Origin: Leptolyngbya sp. PCC 6406
Lineage (GTDB): Bacteria > Cyanobacteriota > Cyanobacteriia > Phormidesmidales > Phormidesmidaceae
DNA: 32,000 nucleotides
Direction of reading: 5' to 3'
NCBI RefSeq assembly: GCF_000332095.2
Contig: NZ_KI913949.1
Coordinates: 1,379,169 to 1,411,168, forward strand
Shown piece by piece: positions 1 through 9,032 of this stretch; positions within the stretch are counted from its first letter, which is position 1, and the number at the start of each line of letters is the position of its first letter. The translations under genes were made by a program, and so were the position numbers. The notes beneath the pieces are model-generated. The model saw nothing but the letters and a program-made list of their open reading frames with translations, did not search any database and was not told the DNA's origin.

Positions 1-477
1 GATGATTCTGCGGCGGGAGAGCCCACTCTAGAAGAGCGTCTACTCAATGCCCAGAATTACGCCATTGATGCAAACGCAAAGGCTGGAGATCCGCAAGGAC
101 TACCTGCCATCACTGATGCCAGTAATTGGGGAGATAATCTTGACTTTGCCATCAAGGATATTTTGTTGATACCCCATACATTCAGCATCTCCTATCAGCT
201 CAAATGTGAGCATCCCCTGAATCCTCCCCCTGCAAAAGGGCTTTTAGCGGTTGTCTTAGATCCAAACGGCACTATTCTGGAAGGGTTTGAAGTTATCTAT
301 TCATCGAAATATCCTCTCTTGGATGAGCAAGCGATAGACCAAGCCCAGGAAGAAATTAGGCAATTAGATTGGCCATCACCTACTCCACCCGCAGATGCAG
401 TCCAAGACGGGAAGCCAAATAACAAGCTGTATACGCTAGAGTTCACCGTTGACGCTGATCCCAGCGGCTGCCCATGA
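1..477 (+). CDS. hypothetical protein, 3' portion (gene starts upstream of window); weak TonB C-terminal-like pattern
   Basis: Frame +1 has no stop from base 1 to TGA 475-477. The listed 163..477 ORF (TTG start) is therefore only the tail of a longer gene. The tail reads GLLAVVLDPNGTILEGFEVIYSSKYPLLDEQAIDQAQEEIRQL, which loosely resembles the TonB_C pattern (G-x-V...SSG..LD..A). The similarity is weak. Confidence 0.4.
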   Translation, partial: DDSAAGEPTLEERLLNAQNYAIDANAKAGDPQGLPAITDASNWGDNLDFAIKDILLIPHTFSISYQLKCEHPLNPPPAKGLLAVVLDPNGTILEGFEVIYSSKYPLLDEQAIDQAQEEIRQLDWPSPTPPADAVQDGKPNNKLYTLEFTVDADPSGCP

Positions 478-570
478 AGGGCTTTGCTCCTGTTTAACGG
501 ACTTCTGCTATGAGCCAGGGCAATTTATTCCCTGGCGGATGGGCAGCGAAGCTTAAGTCGAACTCAGGTT

Positions 571-695
571 GGGGTATCAACTCAAAGCGGGACAAATCTC
601 GTGGGGAGGAGTTAGGAGCCAGAATCTAGGAGAGTACTGGATTCTGACTCCTGAATTCCTCGGAGCCCATATTGTCTCAGCTTAGGTTGATGCCC
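571..695 (+). repeat. dispersed ~125-130 bp repeat, family A, copy 1
   Basis: GGGGTATCAACTCAAAGCGGGACAAATCTCGTGGGGAGG...CGGAGCCCATATTGTCT...GTTGATGCCC recurs in reverse complement at 26291-26422. A ~40 bp core recurs at 12394-12434. Copies differ mainly by 7-8 bp indels. Confidence 0.85.
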
Positions 696-722
696 GTATT
701 AGGGTTAGCTTCTCAATCTCGC

Positions 723-1919
723 CTACACATCCCGATCGCCGTCATACCAAGGGGGCGTAGATCGAGCGGGTCGATGGATAGTGAAGGTCTCAAAGGCCGG
801 AGGGGGCACGCGGGGAGTACTGCCGGGAGGGGGACCCAGGGCGAGATCACGGCGATGGCCCACCGTTATATTGACTTGGCTCCCCAGCAGCAGTAGCAAC
901 CAACCCAAGTGCAGCCACAGCAGCAACACCACCAGGATTACCCCACCGTAGATCCAGGGATGAATCTGCCAGAGACTAGAGAGGGCAGGACTCCCCAGTC
1001 GCACCACAGCAGCTAACCCCACCCAGCTCATTGCAGCCAAGATTGCTCCCGGCAGCACCGGGCGGCGGCGACGGTGACGACGGGGACCAAACCGATACAG
1101 CAATCCCAGCGCCAGGGTGACCACCCCCACCGCTAGGGGCCAACTCACCATCTGCCACCCAAGTAACCACCATCCAGACCAGGGGGAATTTTCCGGGAAA
1201 GACCCAGCCCGCAGTAGGGCATCGCTGGCAAAAACGAGCCCCCAGGCCAGGATCAACAAGCTCAGGGTACTCAGGGCCAGCCCCAGGGTTAGTAGCCGCG
1301 ATGGCCAAGGGCCGGCCCTTAGCCATCGCAGTTGGGATCCCAGTTGGGATCGCGATCGCGGCAAGCCATGGATCAGATCCAGCGTCTCCCGCACGGTGCC
1401 CATCACCCCCACAGCAGCCCAGAGAGCCAAGAATAGACTCCCGAAAAATAACCACCGCTGTTGGGTTTGGCCTAGACCAGAGATCTCGTCAGTCCCCGGA
1501 ACCATCTCCCCCGGCAGGACCGTAGCGCTCCAGTGGGCCAACAAGACAAGGATCTGCGATGGCCCCTGTGGGCCGGTCTCTGACCATCGCAGATTCTCCC
1601 CCCAGCCCATTGCTGTCAACACCGCCACGATTCCCGCCCCCAGGACCAGCAGCGTTCCATAGGCTATCTCCGCCGACCGGCCAGGGAGGCGTTGGCGATG
1701 GGCCTTTTGGGCAATTTCGCGACAGGCAGCCCCGTCCAGATAGCGCAAGAAGCGTCCCACGCCATGGAAGCGAGACCGCCGGGGTGAGCGGGGCAGCGGT
1801 GGTCGAAACATTAACAGCTTGCGGCGGCTAGGCATGGGCGCGGCTAGACCGAGGCACAATGCCCCAGATGAGGACGAGAGTTGCTCCCCAGGATAATGCC
1901 CCTGGGAAAAATAGGGCAC
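723..1919 (-). CDS. YihY/BrkB family inner-membrane protein
   Basis: Multi-pass hydrophobic ORF. It carries RSAEIAYGTLLVL near the N-terminus. The C-terminal part reads LLYRFGP...PGAILAA...YGGVILVVLLLWLHLGWLLLLLGSQVN, typical of YihY/BrkB. The longest ORF is given; ATGs at 1835 or 1811 are more plausible true starts. Confidence 0.75.
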   Translation of the reverse strand: MPYFSQGHYPGEQLSSSSGALCLGLAAPMPSRRKLLMFRPPLPRSPRRSRFHGVGRFLRYLDGAACREIAQKAHRQRLPGRSAEIAYGTLLVLGAGIVAVLTAMGWGENLRWSETGPQGPSQILVLLAHWSATVLPGEMVPGTDEISGLGQTQQRWLFFGSLFLALWAAVGVMGTVRETLDLIHGLPRSRSQLGSQLRWLRAGPWPSRLLTLGLALSTLSLLILAWGLVFASDALLRAGSFPENSPWSGWWLLGWQMVSWPLAVGVVTLALGLLYRFGPRRHRRRRPVLPGAILAAMSWVGLAAVVRLGSPALSSLWQIHPWIYGGVILVVLLLWLHLGWLLLLLGSQVNITVGHRRDLALGPPPGSTPRVPPPAFETFTIHRPARSTPPWYDGDRDV

Positions 1920-2168
1920 AGTCTCGCCCCCCTGCCGATGCTACCGGGACAAGGATTATGTTCCAAAATGTTAAGCTCTTGAAACCCCCTTTGGCCCATG
2001 GGAAAAGCCTTGGCACAGTCTCCCCCTCACCAGCCCCATCTCGGTGTCCCAGCCCTAGGGAGAATGTTCAGGGAAATCCCAGAGAGGGGATGTATAGTCA
2101 GAGGGCCAGTTGCCCCATTGTCAGAGGGCCAGTTGCCTCCTGGCCGCATTGGACTCCTACAGCGCACT

Positions 2169-4226
2169 ATGTCTGACCACAACCCGATTAGGATTTCTGG
2201 GCACCGATGGAGCCTTACAGTTGGGGCAATAGCCCTGGGAACCCTCTTCACCAGCCCCTCAGCGACGGCAACCGCCAGCCCCTCAGCGACCACCACGCCA
2301 GCAGCACTGCTGGCCCCAGCTACTGACGATCATCTGGCCCAGCGCGTCGTCCCCCGCAGTGACCCAGCCGGTTCCCTGGGCAACTTTGACGACCCAGCGG
2401 ATCAAGTAGCGCCACCGGGTCTACGGGTAGAACCAGGCAATACCCCCATCAGCCCCTACCTAGCCATCTCCATGCGCCAGGAGCTAGAAAGCCTGATGGG
2501 ACGCTTTGAAAGCGCCCTAATCTCCGCCAATGCTGCTGAACAACCCACCACACTTAGGGCCATCAACCCCGATACGATCCTGACCGCTTCTACAGATGGC
2601 AATGTGGGCATTCTTCCCCCAGACCTCCACCCAGCTCTGGTCGAAACCCGTGAACTGTTGGCCAACTGGGCAGATTTAAATGAACGTCAAGCCTATGGAG
2701 AAGCCCGCGATCGCTGGTTGGCGGCACGGCAAACCCTCTGGCAAAACTTCCCGGTAGATCGCCCCTTTGCCCAGCCAGAAATTCGAGCCATATGGCTGGA
2801 CCGAGGCACGATTGTACAAGCCGGATCCCGAGATCGCCTTGCCACCCTCTTTGACCGCCTCGATGCCGCTGGTATCAACACCGTCTTTTTAGAAACCGTC
2901 AACGCCAGCTACCCGATCTACCCCAGCCGTATCGCCCCCCAGCAAAACCCCTTCACCCAACGCTGGGATCCCCTCCAGGCTGCTGTGGAACTGGCCCACG
3001 AGCGGGATATGGAACTCCATGCCTGGGTGTGGGTGTTTGCCGCAGGCAACCAACTCCACAACGTCTTGCTGAACCAGCCCCAGGACTATCCCGGCCCTGT
3101 GCTCAGCGCCAACCCCACTTGGGCCGCCTATGACAATAGTGGCAACCCCATCCCCCGAGGCCAAACCAAGCCCTTCCTAGATCCTGCCAACCCCGAGGCC
3201 CGAGCCTACCTGCTGAGCCTAGTGGAGGAAATTATCACCCGCTATGATGTGGACGGCATCCAGCTCGATTATATTCGCTATCCCTTTCAGGATCCCTCCG
3301 CCAACCGTACCTATGGTTATGGCATCGCTGCCCGCCAGCAATTTGAAGCCCTCTCAGGGGTTGATCCCCTGACCCTAACCCCCCGCATCGACTTCTCCCA
3401 ACCCGCCGCCGTGCAAGAGCGGCAGCGTCTCCTGTGGGATCGCTGGACTGAGTTTCGCATTCAGCGCATCACCTCCTTTGTGGGAGAGACCTCACGGCTG
3501 GTGCGCCAACTGCGCCCCGATATTGTGCTCTCCACGGCGGTCTTTGCCCAGCCCGACCACGAGCGTCTACAAAAAATTCAGCAAGACTGGGGCACCTGGG
3601 CCAAGCAAGGGCTGGTGGATTGGATTGTGTTGATGAGCTATGCCCAAGACACCAATGGCTTTCGATCGCTGATTCGACCTTGGGTAACGGCAGGGGCAGA
3701 TTACGGTTCGACGCTGATCATTCCCAGCATTCGCCTCCTAAATCTGTCGGAATCGGCAGTGTTGGATCAAATGCAGGCGTTGCGAGATTTGCCCAGCCCT
3801 GGCTATGCCCTCTTTGCCACCGCAAATCTGAACACCAGTTTTCAAACCATCCTGAGTCGTACCCAAGGATCTACAGCCCAGCCGATTCCCCAAAAGGCTC
3901 CCTTTGCCACCGCTGCCGCCCGCTACCGAACCCTACAACGGGAATGGAACTGGTTGATGAGTAATGGTCAGCTCTGGCTGCGCCCCGACCTGCTGGACTA
4001 CTGGGTTGCAGAGGTCAACGCCATTGGGGAAGCGCTAGATGATTTGGGTTCTAACCCCTCTCCACGGGACATTGCAGCGGTGCGATCGCGCCTCACAAAT
4101 CTCCGCCAAGGCTTGGGTGCAGGCATGGATCTGCAAACCGCCAACCGCGACTATCGCCTAGAGGCATGGCGACTGCGACTGGTCACCATCGACCGCTTTC
4201 TCACCTATGGCGAAGCCCGCCTGTAG
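2169..4226 (+). CDS. glycoside-hydrolase-like GHL10 (DUF187, YngK/YddW-type) family protein, secreted or membrane-anchored
   Basis: Motifs IRAIWLDRG, AGINTVFLETVNASYPIYPS, WDPLQAAVELAHERDMELHAWVWVF and DGIQLDYIRYP are present. The start is placed at ATG 2169 because MSDHNPIRISGHRWSLTVGAIALGTLFTSPSATA looks like a signal or anchor. The ORF is open back to 1998. Confidence 0.75.
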   Translation: MSDHNPIRISGHRWSLTVGAIALGTLFTSPSATATASPSATTTPAALLAPATDDHLAQRVVPRSDPAGSLGNFDDPADQVAPPGLRVEPGNTPISPYLAISMRQELESLMGRFESALISANAAEQPTTLRAINPDTILTASTDGNVGILPPDLHPALVETRELLANWADLNERQAYGEARDRWLAARQTLWQNFPVDRPFAQPEIRAIWLDRGTIVQAGSRDRLATLFDRLDAAGINTVFLETVNASYPIYPSRIAPQQNPFTQRWDPLQAAVELAHERDMELHAWVWVFAAGNQLHNVLLNQPQDYPGPVLSANPTWAAYDNSGNPIPRGQTKPFLDPANPEARAYLLSLVEEIITRYDVDGIQLDYIRYPFQDPSANRTYGYGIAARQQFEALSGVDPLTLTPRIDFSQPAAVQERQRLLWDRWTEFRIQRITSFVGETSRLVRQLRPDIVLSTAVFAQPDHERLQKIQQDWGTWAKQGLVDWIVLMSYAQDTNGFRSLIRPWVTAGADYGSTLIIPSIRLLNLSESAVLDQMQALRDLPSPGYALFATANLNTSFQTILSRTQGSTAQPIPQKAPFATAAARYRTLQREWNWLMSNGQLWLRPDLLDYWVAEVNAIGEALDDLGSNPSPRDIAAVRSRLTNLRQGLGAGMDLQTANRDYRLEAWRLRLVTIDRFLTYGEARL

Positions 4227-4259
4227 TCGCAAACGGGCTCAGGGGGTTAGCGAAAAACT

Positions 4260-4712
4260 CTAAACGGGCAATAGAGATCGCTGACAGGTGGGACACACCG
4301 CATGGATGGTGAGTTGGCAATCCAGGAGGTGGTAGCCCGACTTCTTTGCCGTGCGGGCTCCCACCTTAAGCACCGAATCATTTTTGAACTCAATGGTTTT
4401 GTTGCAGCGCACACAAATTAAATGATGGTGATGGTGGGGGGAAGGTTGATTGATTTCGTAGCGTTTTTGACCTTCCGCCAACTCTAATTCCCGCAAAATA
4501 CCCATACGGGACATGAGTTTGAGATTTCGGTAAATCGTAGAGAGACTGACCTGCTCCCCCTGATCCGCCAAGAGATCTCGTAAATCTTCAGCACTCAGGT
4601 GTTCCCCTCGGGTCAGGTTTTGAAACGTCTCCAGGATTGTCTCCCGTTGAGGGGTCATGCGCCAGCCGCGCTCGTTGAGTTCTGCTCGTAATGCAGATGC
4701 AGTGTAAGCCAC
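4260..4712 (-). CDS. fur: Fur family transcriptional regulator (FurA-like ferric uptake regulator)
   Basis: LRAELNERGWRMTPQRETIL...LSTIYRNLKLMSRMGILRELELAEG...HHHHHLICVRCNKTIEF...LLDCQLTIHAVCPTC is near-collinear with my recollection of cyanobacterial FurA. It has the His-rich patch and two CxxC pairs. GTG start at 4712 is preceded by AAGGAGG (minus strand) 5 nt upstream. Confidence 0.9.
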   Translation of the reverse strand: MAYTASALRAELNERGWRMTPQRETILETFQNLTRGEHLSAEDLRDLLADQGEQVSLSTIYRNLKLMSRMGILRELELAEGQKRYEINQPSPHHHHHLICVRCNKTIEFKNDSVLKVGARTAKKSGYHLLDCQLTIHAVCPTCQRSLLPV

Positions 4713-4725
4713 CAGCTCCTCCTTA

Positions 4726-4778
4726 TCAATAGCGCTTGGCTATTGACAATAATAGCGATTTCTCTGGGGTATTTGCAA
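4726..4778 (-). promoter_or_regulatory. candidate fur promoter (-35 TTGCAA, -10 TATTAT) plus 8-5-8 palindrome between -10 and the ribosome-binding site
   Basis: On the minus strand, TTGCAA (4773-4778) is followed by an 18 nt spacer and TATTAT (4749-4754). Then comes the palindrome TCAATAGC-N5-GCTATTGA (4726-4746) in AT-rich context. It ends 14 nt before the GTG start. Confidence 0.35.
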
Positions 4779-4934
4779 GAATGTCGGCTTATTGGGAATA
4801 CTTCCTGACTGTTCCTGGGGGTACAGGAAGCTTCAATGGGCCTCAAGGCTCCAGGGGTAGGGGATCGAGGTCCGAAAAGCCACTCCACAACAGTCCGTTA
4901 CAAAGCTGCTGGACAGGGCCGTAATCCTGGTAGC

Positions 4935-5381
4935 CTACAAACTTGGTTCCAGGCTGGGGGGCTGAATGGCGATGCCGATCTGCACCCCAGGGATGGAGCG
5001 CAGCCGATCCATCACTGCCACGACCTGACCATGGGGCACTTGGGTATCAGCTCGAATCACCACCACCACCGTTTGGGTGCCCACCCGACGCACCTGAATC
5101 GCCTCCGGTAGAGCATCGAGGGTGGTGGGTTGAGTCCCAAGGAACAGGCCCCCCTCCCGCTGCATCACCACTGTCAAGGTGTTTTGGGTGGGGCCGCTCT
5201 CTTCTCCGGTGGTGCCCGTGGGCAGATTTACGGGTAGGGACTGCTGCGATCGCGTTAGATACAGACTCGATACCATGAAGAAAATCAGCACCGCAAAGAT
5301 CACATCAACCATCGGTACGATGTTGATCTGGGTCCGGGTCTCAGGTTCGTCGGGGAGATTCATTGCTTCCAGGCTATCCAC
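4935..5381 (-). CDS. exbD: ExbD/TolR family biopolymer transport protein
   Basis: INIVPMVDVIFAVLIFFMVSS forms a single N-terminal TM segment. A periplasmic domain follows (VVVIRADTQVPHGQVVAVMDRL), the standard ExbD/TolR layout. Confidence 0.85.
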   Translation of the reverse strand: MDSLEAMNLPDEPETRTQINIVPMVDVIFAVLIFFMVSSLYLTRSQQSLPVNLPTGTTGEESGPTQNTLTVVMQREGGLFLGTQPTTLDALPEAIQVRRVGTQTVVVVIRADTQVPHGQVVAVMDRLRSIPGVQIGIAIQPPSLEPSL

Positions 5382-5456
5382 TGCTGTGCTAGGGGATAGC
5401 CTATAGGCTACTGTGCCTGTATTCCTAGTGCTCAGTCAACTTTACCTTGGTGAGTT

Positions 5457-5496
5457 TGCGTAGGTTGGGTTCCACTTCGCTTCACCAACCTACGCA
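5457..5496. repeat. 12-bp perfect-stem hairpin (TGCGTAGGTTGG / CCAACCTACGCA)
   Basis: Arms lie at 5457-5468 and 5485-5496 with a 16 nt loop. The hairpin sits just 3' of the minus-strand TVP38-like gene. No U-run follows, so terminator function is uncertain. Confidence 0.6.
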
Positions 5497-5528
5497 GGCT
5501 CACAAATTGAAGGCTGACAGCCCCTAGT

Positions 5529-6194
5529 TCACGGTATTCGGTGCTGCCGTTGTAGCCACAGGGGTAGCAGGGAGAGGAGGGTCAGAAAACCCAAGGCCAG
5601 ACCGAGCTGCCAGAGTCCTCTGCCCGCGATCGCATCTAGCCCCGCCATCCCCAACCAGGTGTAAGCGATGGTCCCCGGCGTGATGCCGATGAAGGTGCCC
5701 AGGGCATAGGTCGTTACAGGCACCGAGGTCAGGCCAAACAAAAAGTTGACTAAATTGAAGGGAGAAAGGGGCGAAAACCGCACCGCTAGAACACAATTGA
5801 TGGCATGGGTATCCATCAGCCGATCAATCTGACTCAGTAGAGAATGGCGCTGAAAACGGTGACGGAACCAGTCTTGCAACAGATAGCGAGCCAGCCAAAA
5901 AGCCGCAATCGCGCCCGCCGTTGCCCCCAGCAACGACCAGAGCGACCCCCACCACAGCCCAAAGCGAATCCCCCCTACAACGACCAACAGGCTGGCGGGG
6001 ATTCCCAGAACATTGGTAATAATATGAATTCCCAGAAATACAGGCACCTGCCAGGGGCCGAGGGTATCCAGCCAATCCAGTAACGCGGGGGGATTAAAGA
6101 GGATGGTAATATAGCGTCCGCCCAGGGCCAGTACAATCCCACAGCCCACCAGCAACCAAAAGCTCTTTTTGCGCAAGATCGACAGGACCATCAC
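5529..6194 (-). CDS. TVP38/TMEM64 (DedA/SNARE-associated) family membrane protein
   Basis: VFLGIHIITNVLGIPASLLVVVGGIRFGLWWGSLWSLLGATAGAIAAFWLARYL is the characteristic TVP38 core. There is a GTG at 6194 and an ATG one codon later at 6191. Confidence 0.8.
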   Translation of the reverse strand: MMVLSILRKKSFWLLVGCGIVLALGGRYITILFNPPALLDWLDTLGPWQVPVFLGIHIITNVLGIPASLLVVVGGIRFGLWWGSLWSLLGATAGAIAAFWLARYLLQDWFRHRFQRHSLLSQIDRLMDTHAINCVLAVRFSPLSPFNLVNFLFGLTSVPVTTYALGTFIGITPGTIAYTWLGMAGLDAIAGRGLWQLGLALGFLTLLSLLPLWLQRQHRIP

Positions 6195-6481
6195 TCCGGC
6201 ACCAAGGTGGGCAAGAGGCAGCTAGAGCAATCACCAGTGGCAGCGCCTCTTGTTGGCGGTTCCCGGCCTCCGGTTGAGAACGAGGAAAATCTGACAATCC
6301 CCACCAACATTAAGGGAGTTCTTACTGAACTGGCTACGGCAAAACATTGCCCCATTCCAGTCAACACGACACCTCCGCCCTAACCGCTGAAGGTGACCTG
6401 AGAATTTCCTGAGAATCCTAGGGAATGTCTGGAAAACATCCCCATACACTCCCCACCGATGGTGATCCCTGGATAGGAGGA

Positions 6482-7636
6482 CTACTGGGGCTGAAGTTGA
6501 GACAGTTGGACCCCTCGGTAATAGTGACCCAGAATTTGCTGATAGGAATTGCCCTGCTGGGCGAGATTATGAGCTCCCCACTGGCTTAGACCAATCCCGT
6601 GACCAAATCCTCGACCCGATACCTGCACCGTGCTGCCATTCACCGCAATGGAAAATAAGGTGCTGCGGAGATTCAAGGCACGGCGCAGATCATTACCACT
6701 GACCACACGCGAGCCACCATTACCCTCTAGACGCATATTCACAACGCGGCCTCGGGGCGTCAAGCGCTGGGGGGCTGCGGTCTGTAGCCTGCCCACTCCC
6801 GGCACCCGATTGCTAAATTCATCTAGGGAAAATGTGGCGGTCCATTGGTATACCGGGCTGCCCGCATCAAAATCCTGGACGCCCCGCAGGTAGGGCAGGG
6901 GCTGACTCCAGATATCCTCGACATTTTCCGTATGGCCCCCGGAGGCCGAATGAAACACCGCCTCAATCACCTGACCATTATGGGTCAGAACTTGAGCACG
7001 GGTATTTTCCACTGCCGTCTGGGTACTGAGGGCTTCATCGTTCAGACCCCGGTAAACCTGCCAAGCGGTGGTATTGCCGATGTCGTAGTGGGGGTTGCGG
7101 CCCCGCTGGCGGTGATACATCACGTAGGAGCGAGCGGCTACAGCCTGGGCCTTAAGGGCTTCGCTGGGCCAGCTTGTGGGCATTTCCCCCCCCACAACGC
7201 TGTAGAGGTAATGCTCTAGGTCCACGTAGTTAATGGCGGCGAGGCCATTACCGTTAGGGCGCACCAGCACCCGACCCCGATACCACCGATCGCCAATAAA
7301 GACATGGCCATCACTCCCAGGTTCAACCCAAAAGGCGGTGCTTTGCCAGTCCCCTGCCCTAACTTGACTTCCCTGGGCCTGCACGATGAGGGATCGTCCA
7401 GCAGGCGTGGTCCCTACCGCATTGCCGTTGAGGTCTCGCAACGTACCATTGGTGGAGGTGCCCACGGTAATCTGGCTGGCCCCTTCGCGAATAGCTACGC
7501 GCAATTCCAGGGCACTGGCGGGCAGACAGAGAACCAGCCATAGGAGCAGAGTCAGTCCTTTACCGAGCACAGGGCGCGGGCTCTGGGGACGAACCTTTTG
7601 AGCCCAGGCACGGGCGCGAGTGAGAGCACTTACCAT
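6482..7636 (-). CDS. SpoIID/LytB domain-containing protein
   Basis: An N-terminal signal-like segment is present. Motifs LEHYLYSVVGGEMPTSWPSEALKAQAVAARSYV, FHSASGGHTENVEDIW and GHGIGLSQWGA are typical of the SpoIID amidase-enhancer family. Confidence 0.85.
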   Translation of the reverse strand: MVSALTRARAWAQKVRPQSPRPVLGKGLTLLLWLVLCLPASALELRVAIREGASQITVGTSTNGTLRDLNGNAVGTTPAGRSLIVQAQGSQVRAGDWQSTAFWVEPGSDGHVFIGDRWYRGRVLVRPNGNGLAAINYVDLEHYLYSVVGGEMPTSWPSEALKAQAVAARSYVMYHRQRGRNPHYDIGNTTAWQVYRGLNDEALSTQTAVENTRAQVLTHNGQVIEAVFHSASGGHTENVEDIWSQPLPYLRGVQDFDAGSPVYQWTATFSLDEFSNRVPGVGRLQTAAPQRLTPRGRVVNMRLEGNGGSRVVSGNDLRRALNLRSTLFSIAVNGSTVQVSGRGFGHGIGLSQWGAHNLAQQGNSYQQILGHYYRGVQLSQLQPQ

Positions 7637-7804
7637 TGTTTAGAATCCCAAGGGAGAACAAACATCATCCGTCAAGGGCTAGACGGACCACATGGACAGA
7701 AAGTTCAGCCCCTAAGATATCACTAGCCTCCCGGAAGGGATCATTAGGTTTTCCTCCTTTGGGTGAACAAAATTTTGCTCATCCTAAGGGACCATGCAGT
7801 TCTG

Positions 7805-7877
7805 TAGGGTGCATAGCGCTAAGGCGCGGCTTCGCCTTATTATGTCGCTTGCGAAACGCGAAGCAATGCACCGCAGA
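7805..7877 (+). repeat. dispersed ~72 bp repeat, family B, copy 1
   Basis: TAGGGTGCATAGCGCTAAGGCGCGGCTTCGCCTTATTATGTCGCTTGCGAAACGCGAAGCAATGCACCGCAGA aligns along its length with 9033-9104 with scattered substitutions. It contains internal GC hairpins. Confidence 0.85.
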
Positions 7878-7912
7878 GATGCTGAACAAAATTGTGTTCA
7901 GCGTTGGTGGGG

Positions 7913-8482
7913 CTATTCAGTTTTTAGCTCCCCATGGCGAAAGCAATCCAGGGTGTGGTCATTGACCATGCCGATGGCTTGCATTAGGGCATAGCAAATT
8001 GTTGAGCCGACGAACTTGAATCCCCGCTGTTTGAGATCTTTGCTCAGGGCATCAGATATAGGCGTGCGGGCAGGGATGTCTGCCAAGGTGGCCCAGTGAT
8101 TTTGCTGAGGTTTGCCCTCTACAAATCGCCATAGGTAGGCGTCAAAGCTGCCAAATTCCTCCTGTACCTGGAGAAAGGCTTGGGCATTGAGGGTTGCGGC
8201 GGTCACCTTGAGTCGATTCCGGACGATGCCAGCATCCGCCAGAAGGGATTGGTGTTTCGGGGGCTCGTAGCGGGCGACCACTGCGGGGTCAAATTGATCA
8301 AAGGCGCGGCGGAAGTTCTCTCGCTTGCGTAGAATCGTGAGCCAGCTTAGTCCGGCTTGGAAGCCTTCGAGGATGAGGAACTCAAATAGGGCTTGATCTT
8401 CGTGGAGGGGGACGCCCCATTCCTGATCGTGGTAGGCAATTTCTAGAGGATCATCGTGGACCCAGGCGCAGCGAATCGACAT
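7913..8482 (-). CDS. tag: DNA-3-methyladenine glycosylase I
   Basis: MSIRCAWVHDDPLEIAYHDQEWGVPLHEDQALFEFLILEGFQAGLSWLTILRKRENFRRAF is the canonical Tag N-terminus. The start is set at ATG 8482. The ORF extends to 8584, but that extension is not Tag-like. Confidence 0.9.
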   Translation of the reverse strand: MSIRCAWVHDDPLEIAYHDQEWGVPLHEDQALFEFLILEGFQAGLSWLTILRKRENFRRAFDQFDPAVVARYEPPKHQSLLADAGIVRNRLKVTAATLNAQAFLQVQEEFGSFDAYLWRFVEGKPQQNHWATLADIPARTPISDALSKDLKQRGFKFVGSTICYALMQAIGMVNDHTLDCFRHGELKTE

Positions 8483-8761
8483 AGGTGTGATGAATATAAC
8501 AATTTGACTAGTCTTCTCAAAGCAGAATAGAGGAAAGTAACGTTCTCTGGTGGGTGATAAAAATTCTGTGGCAGCCTCAGCCAAGAATCTTACCCCCTAG
8601 CAAGTACGGATTCGCTGACATTCCCCTGTCAGCAGGCTTTTAGACTGTACTGACAAGTGAGGTCTAGGGTTGTAGAAAGGGGACAGATTTGGCCCTATGA
8701 GTCCCCCGTAGTGGTTAGCCCCCGTAGTTCTGATTTCCCTTGCCGCAGGCTAGTACAGAAA

Positions 8762-8789
8762 GGCAGAAGGATGAAGGCAGAAGGATGAA
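8762..8789 (+). repeat. 2 x 14-bp tandem GGCAGAAGGATGAA (two heptamers per unit)
   Basis: This is the same 14-mer that forms the array at 31879-31976. One exact inverted copy (TTCATCCTTCTGCC) lies at 9223-9236. Confidence 0.85.
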
Positions 8790-8838
8790 AAGGAGTTTCT
8801 TGTCTCACGAGGGTTCCTGCTGCATCAAATGAGGTGAG

Positions 8839-8880
8839 GTATTTCTGTCATTGAGTCCTAGTGCTCAATGACAGAAATAC
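8839..8880. repeat. perfect 17-bp inverted repeat hairpin
   Basis: GTATTTCTGTCATTGAG (8839-8855), 8 nt loop, CTCAATGACAGAAATAC (8864-8880). It lies in the ~1.07 kb gap between tag and the histidine kinase. Confidence 0.8.
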
Positions 8881-9032
8881 TCTAACCGTTCCATCGTGGC
8901 ACGCCTCGGCCCCTCACCGTTCGGCTGAGCTCATGCCGAAGTCTCACGCCGAAGCCCTAGCCCTCTCCCAGGGGGCGAGGGGACCGAAAAATCTTGGCCT
9001 AGTACAGCACAAGTTTGATTCTCAGGGTTTCA

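Noticed and set aside
976-1831. Several 74-181 aa ORFs on both strands within 976-1831
   Set aside because: All are embedded in the YihY/BrkB gene (723..1919, minus) in alternative frames. Their Pro/Arg/Gly-rich composition is typical of GC-rich off-frame ORFs.
1998-2168. N-terminal 57-codon extension of the GHL10-like ORF
   Set aside because: The extension has no signal or TM character and overlaps the divergent promoter region of the YihY gene. The ATG at 2169 gives a plausible signal or anchor. The extension cannot be fully excluded.
1-5381. A complete TonB-ExbB-ExbD iron-uptake energising system next to fur
   Set aside because: Only exbD is clear. No ExbB/MotA-like gene is present in the window. 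The TonB-like call at 1-477 is weak and is separated from exbD by unrelated genes.
7636-7994. ORFs 7636..7965 and 7794..7994 (plus strand)
   Set aside because: They run through family B repeat copy 1 and overlap the 3' end of tag on the opposite strand. The same repeat is translated in an ORF at 8861..9118, which shows these are repeat artefacts.
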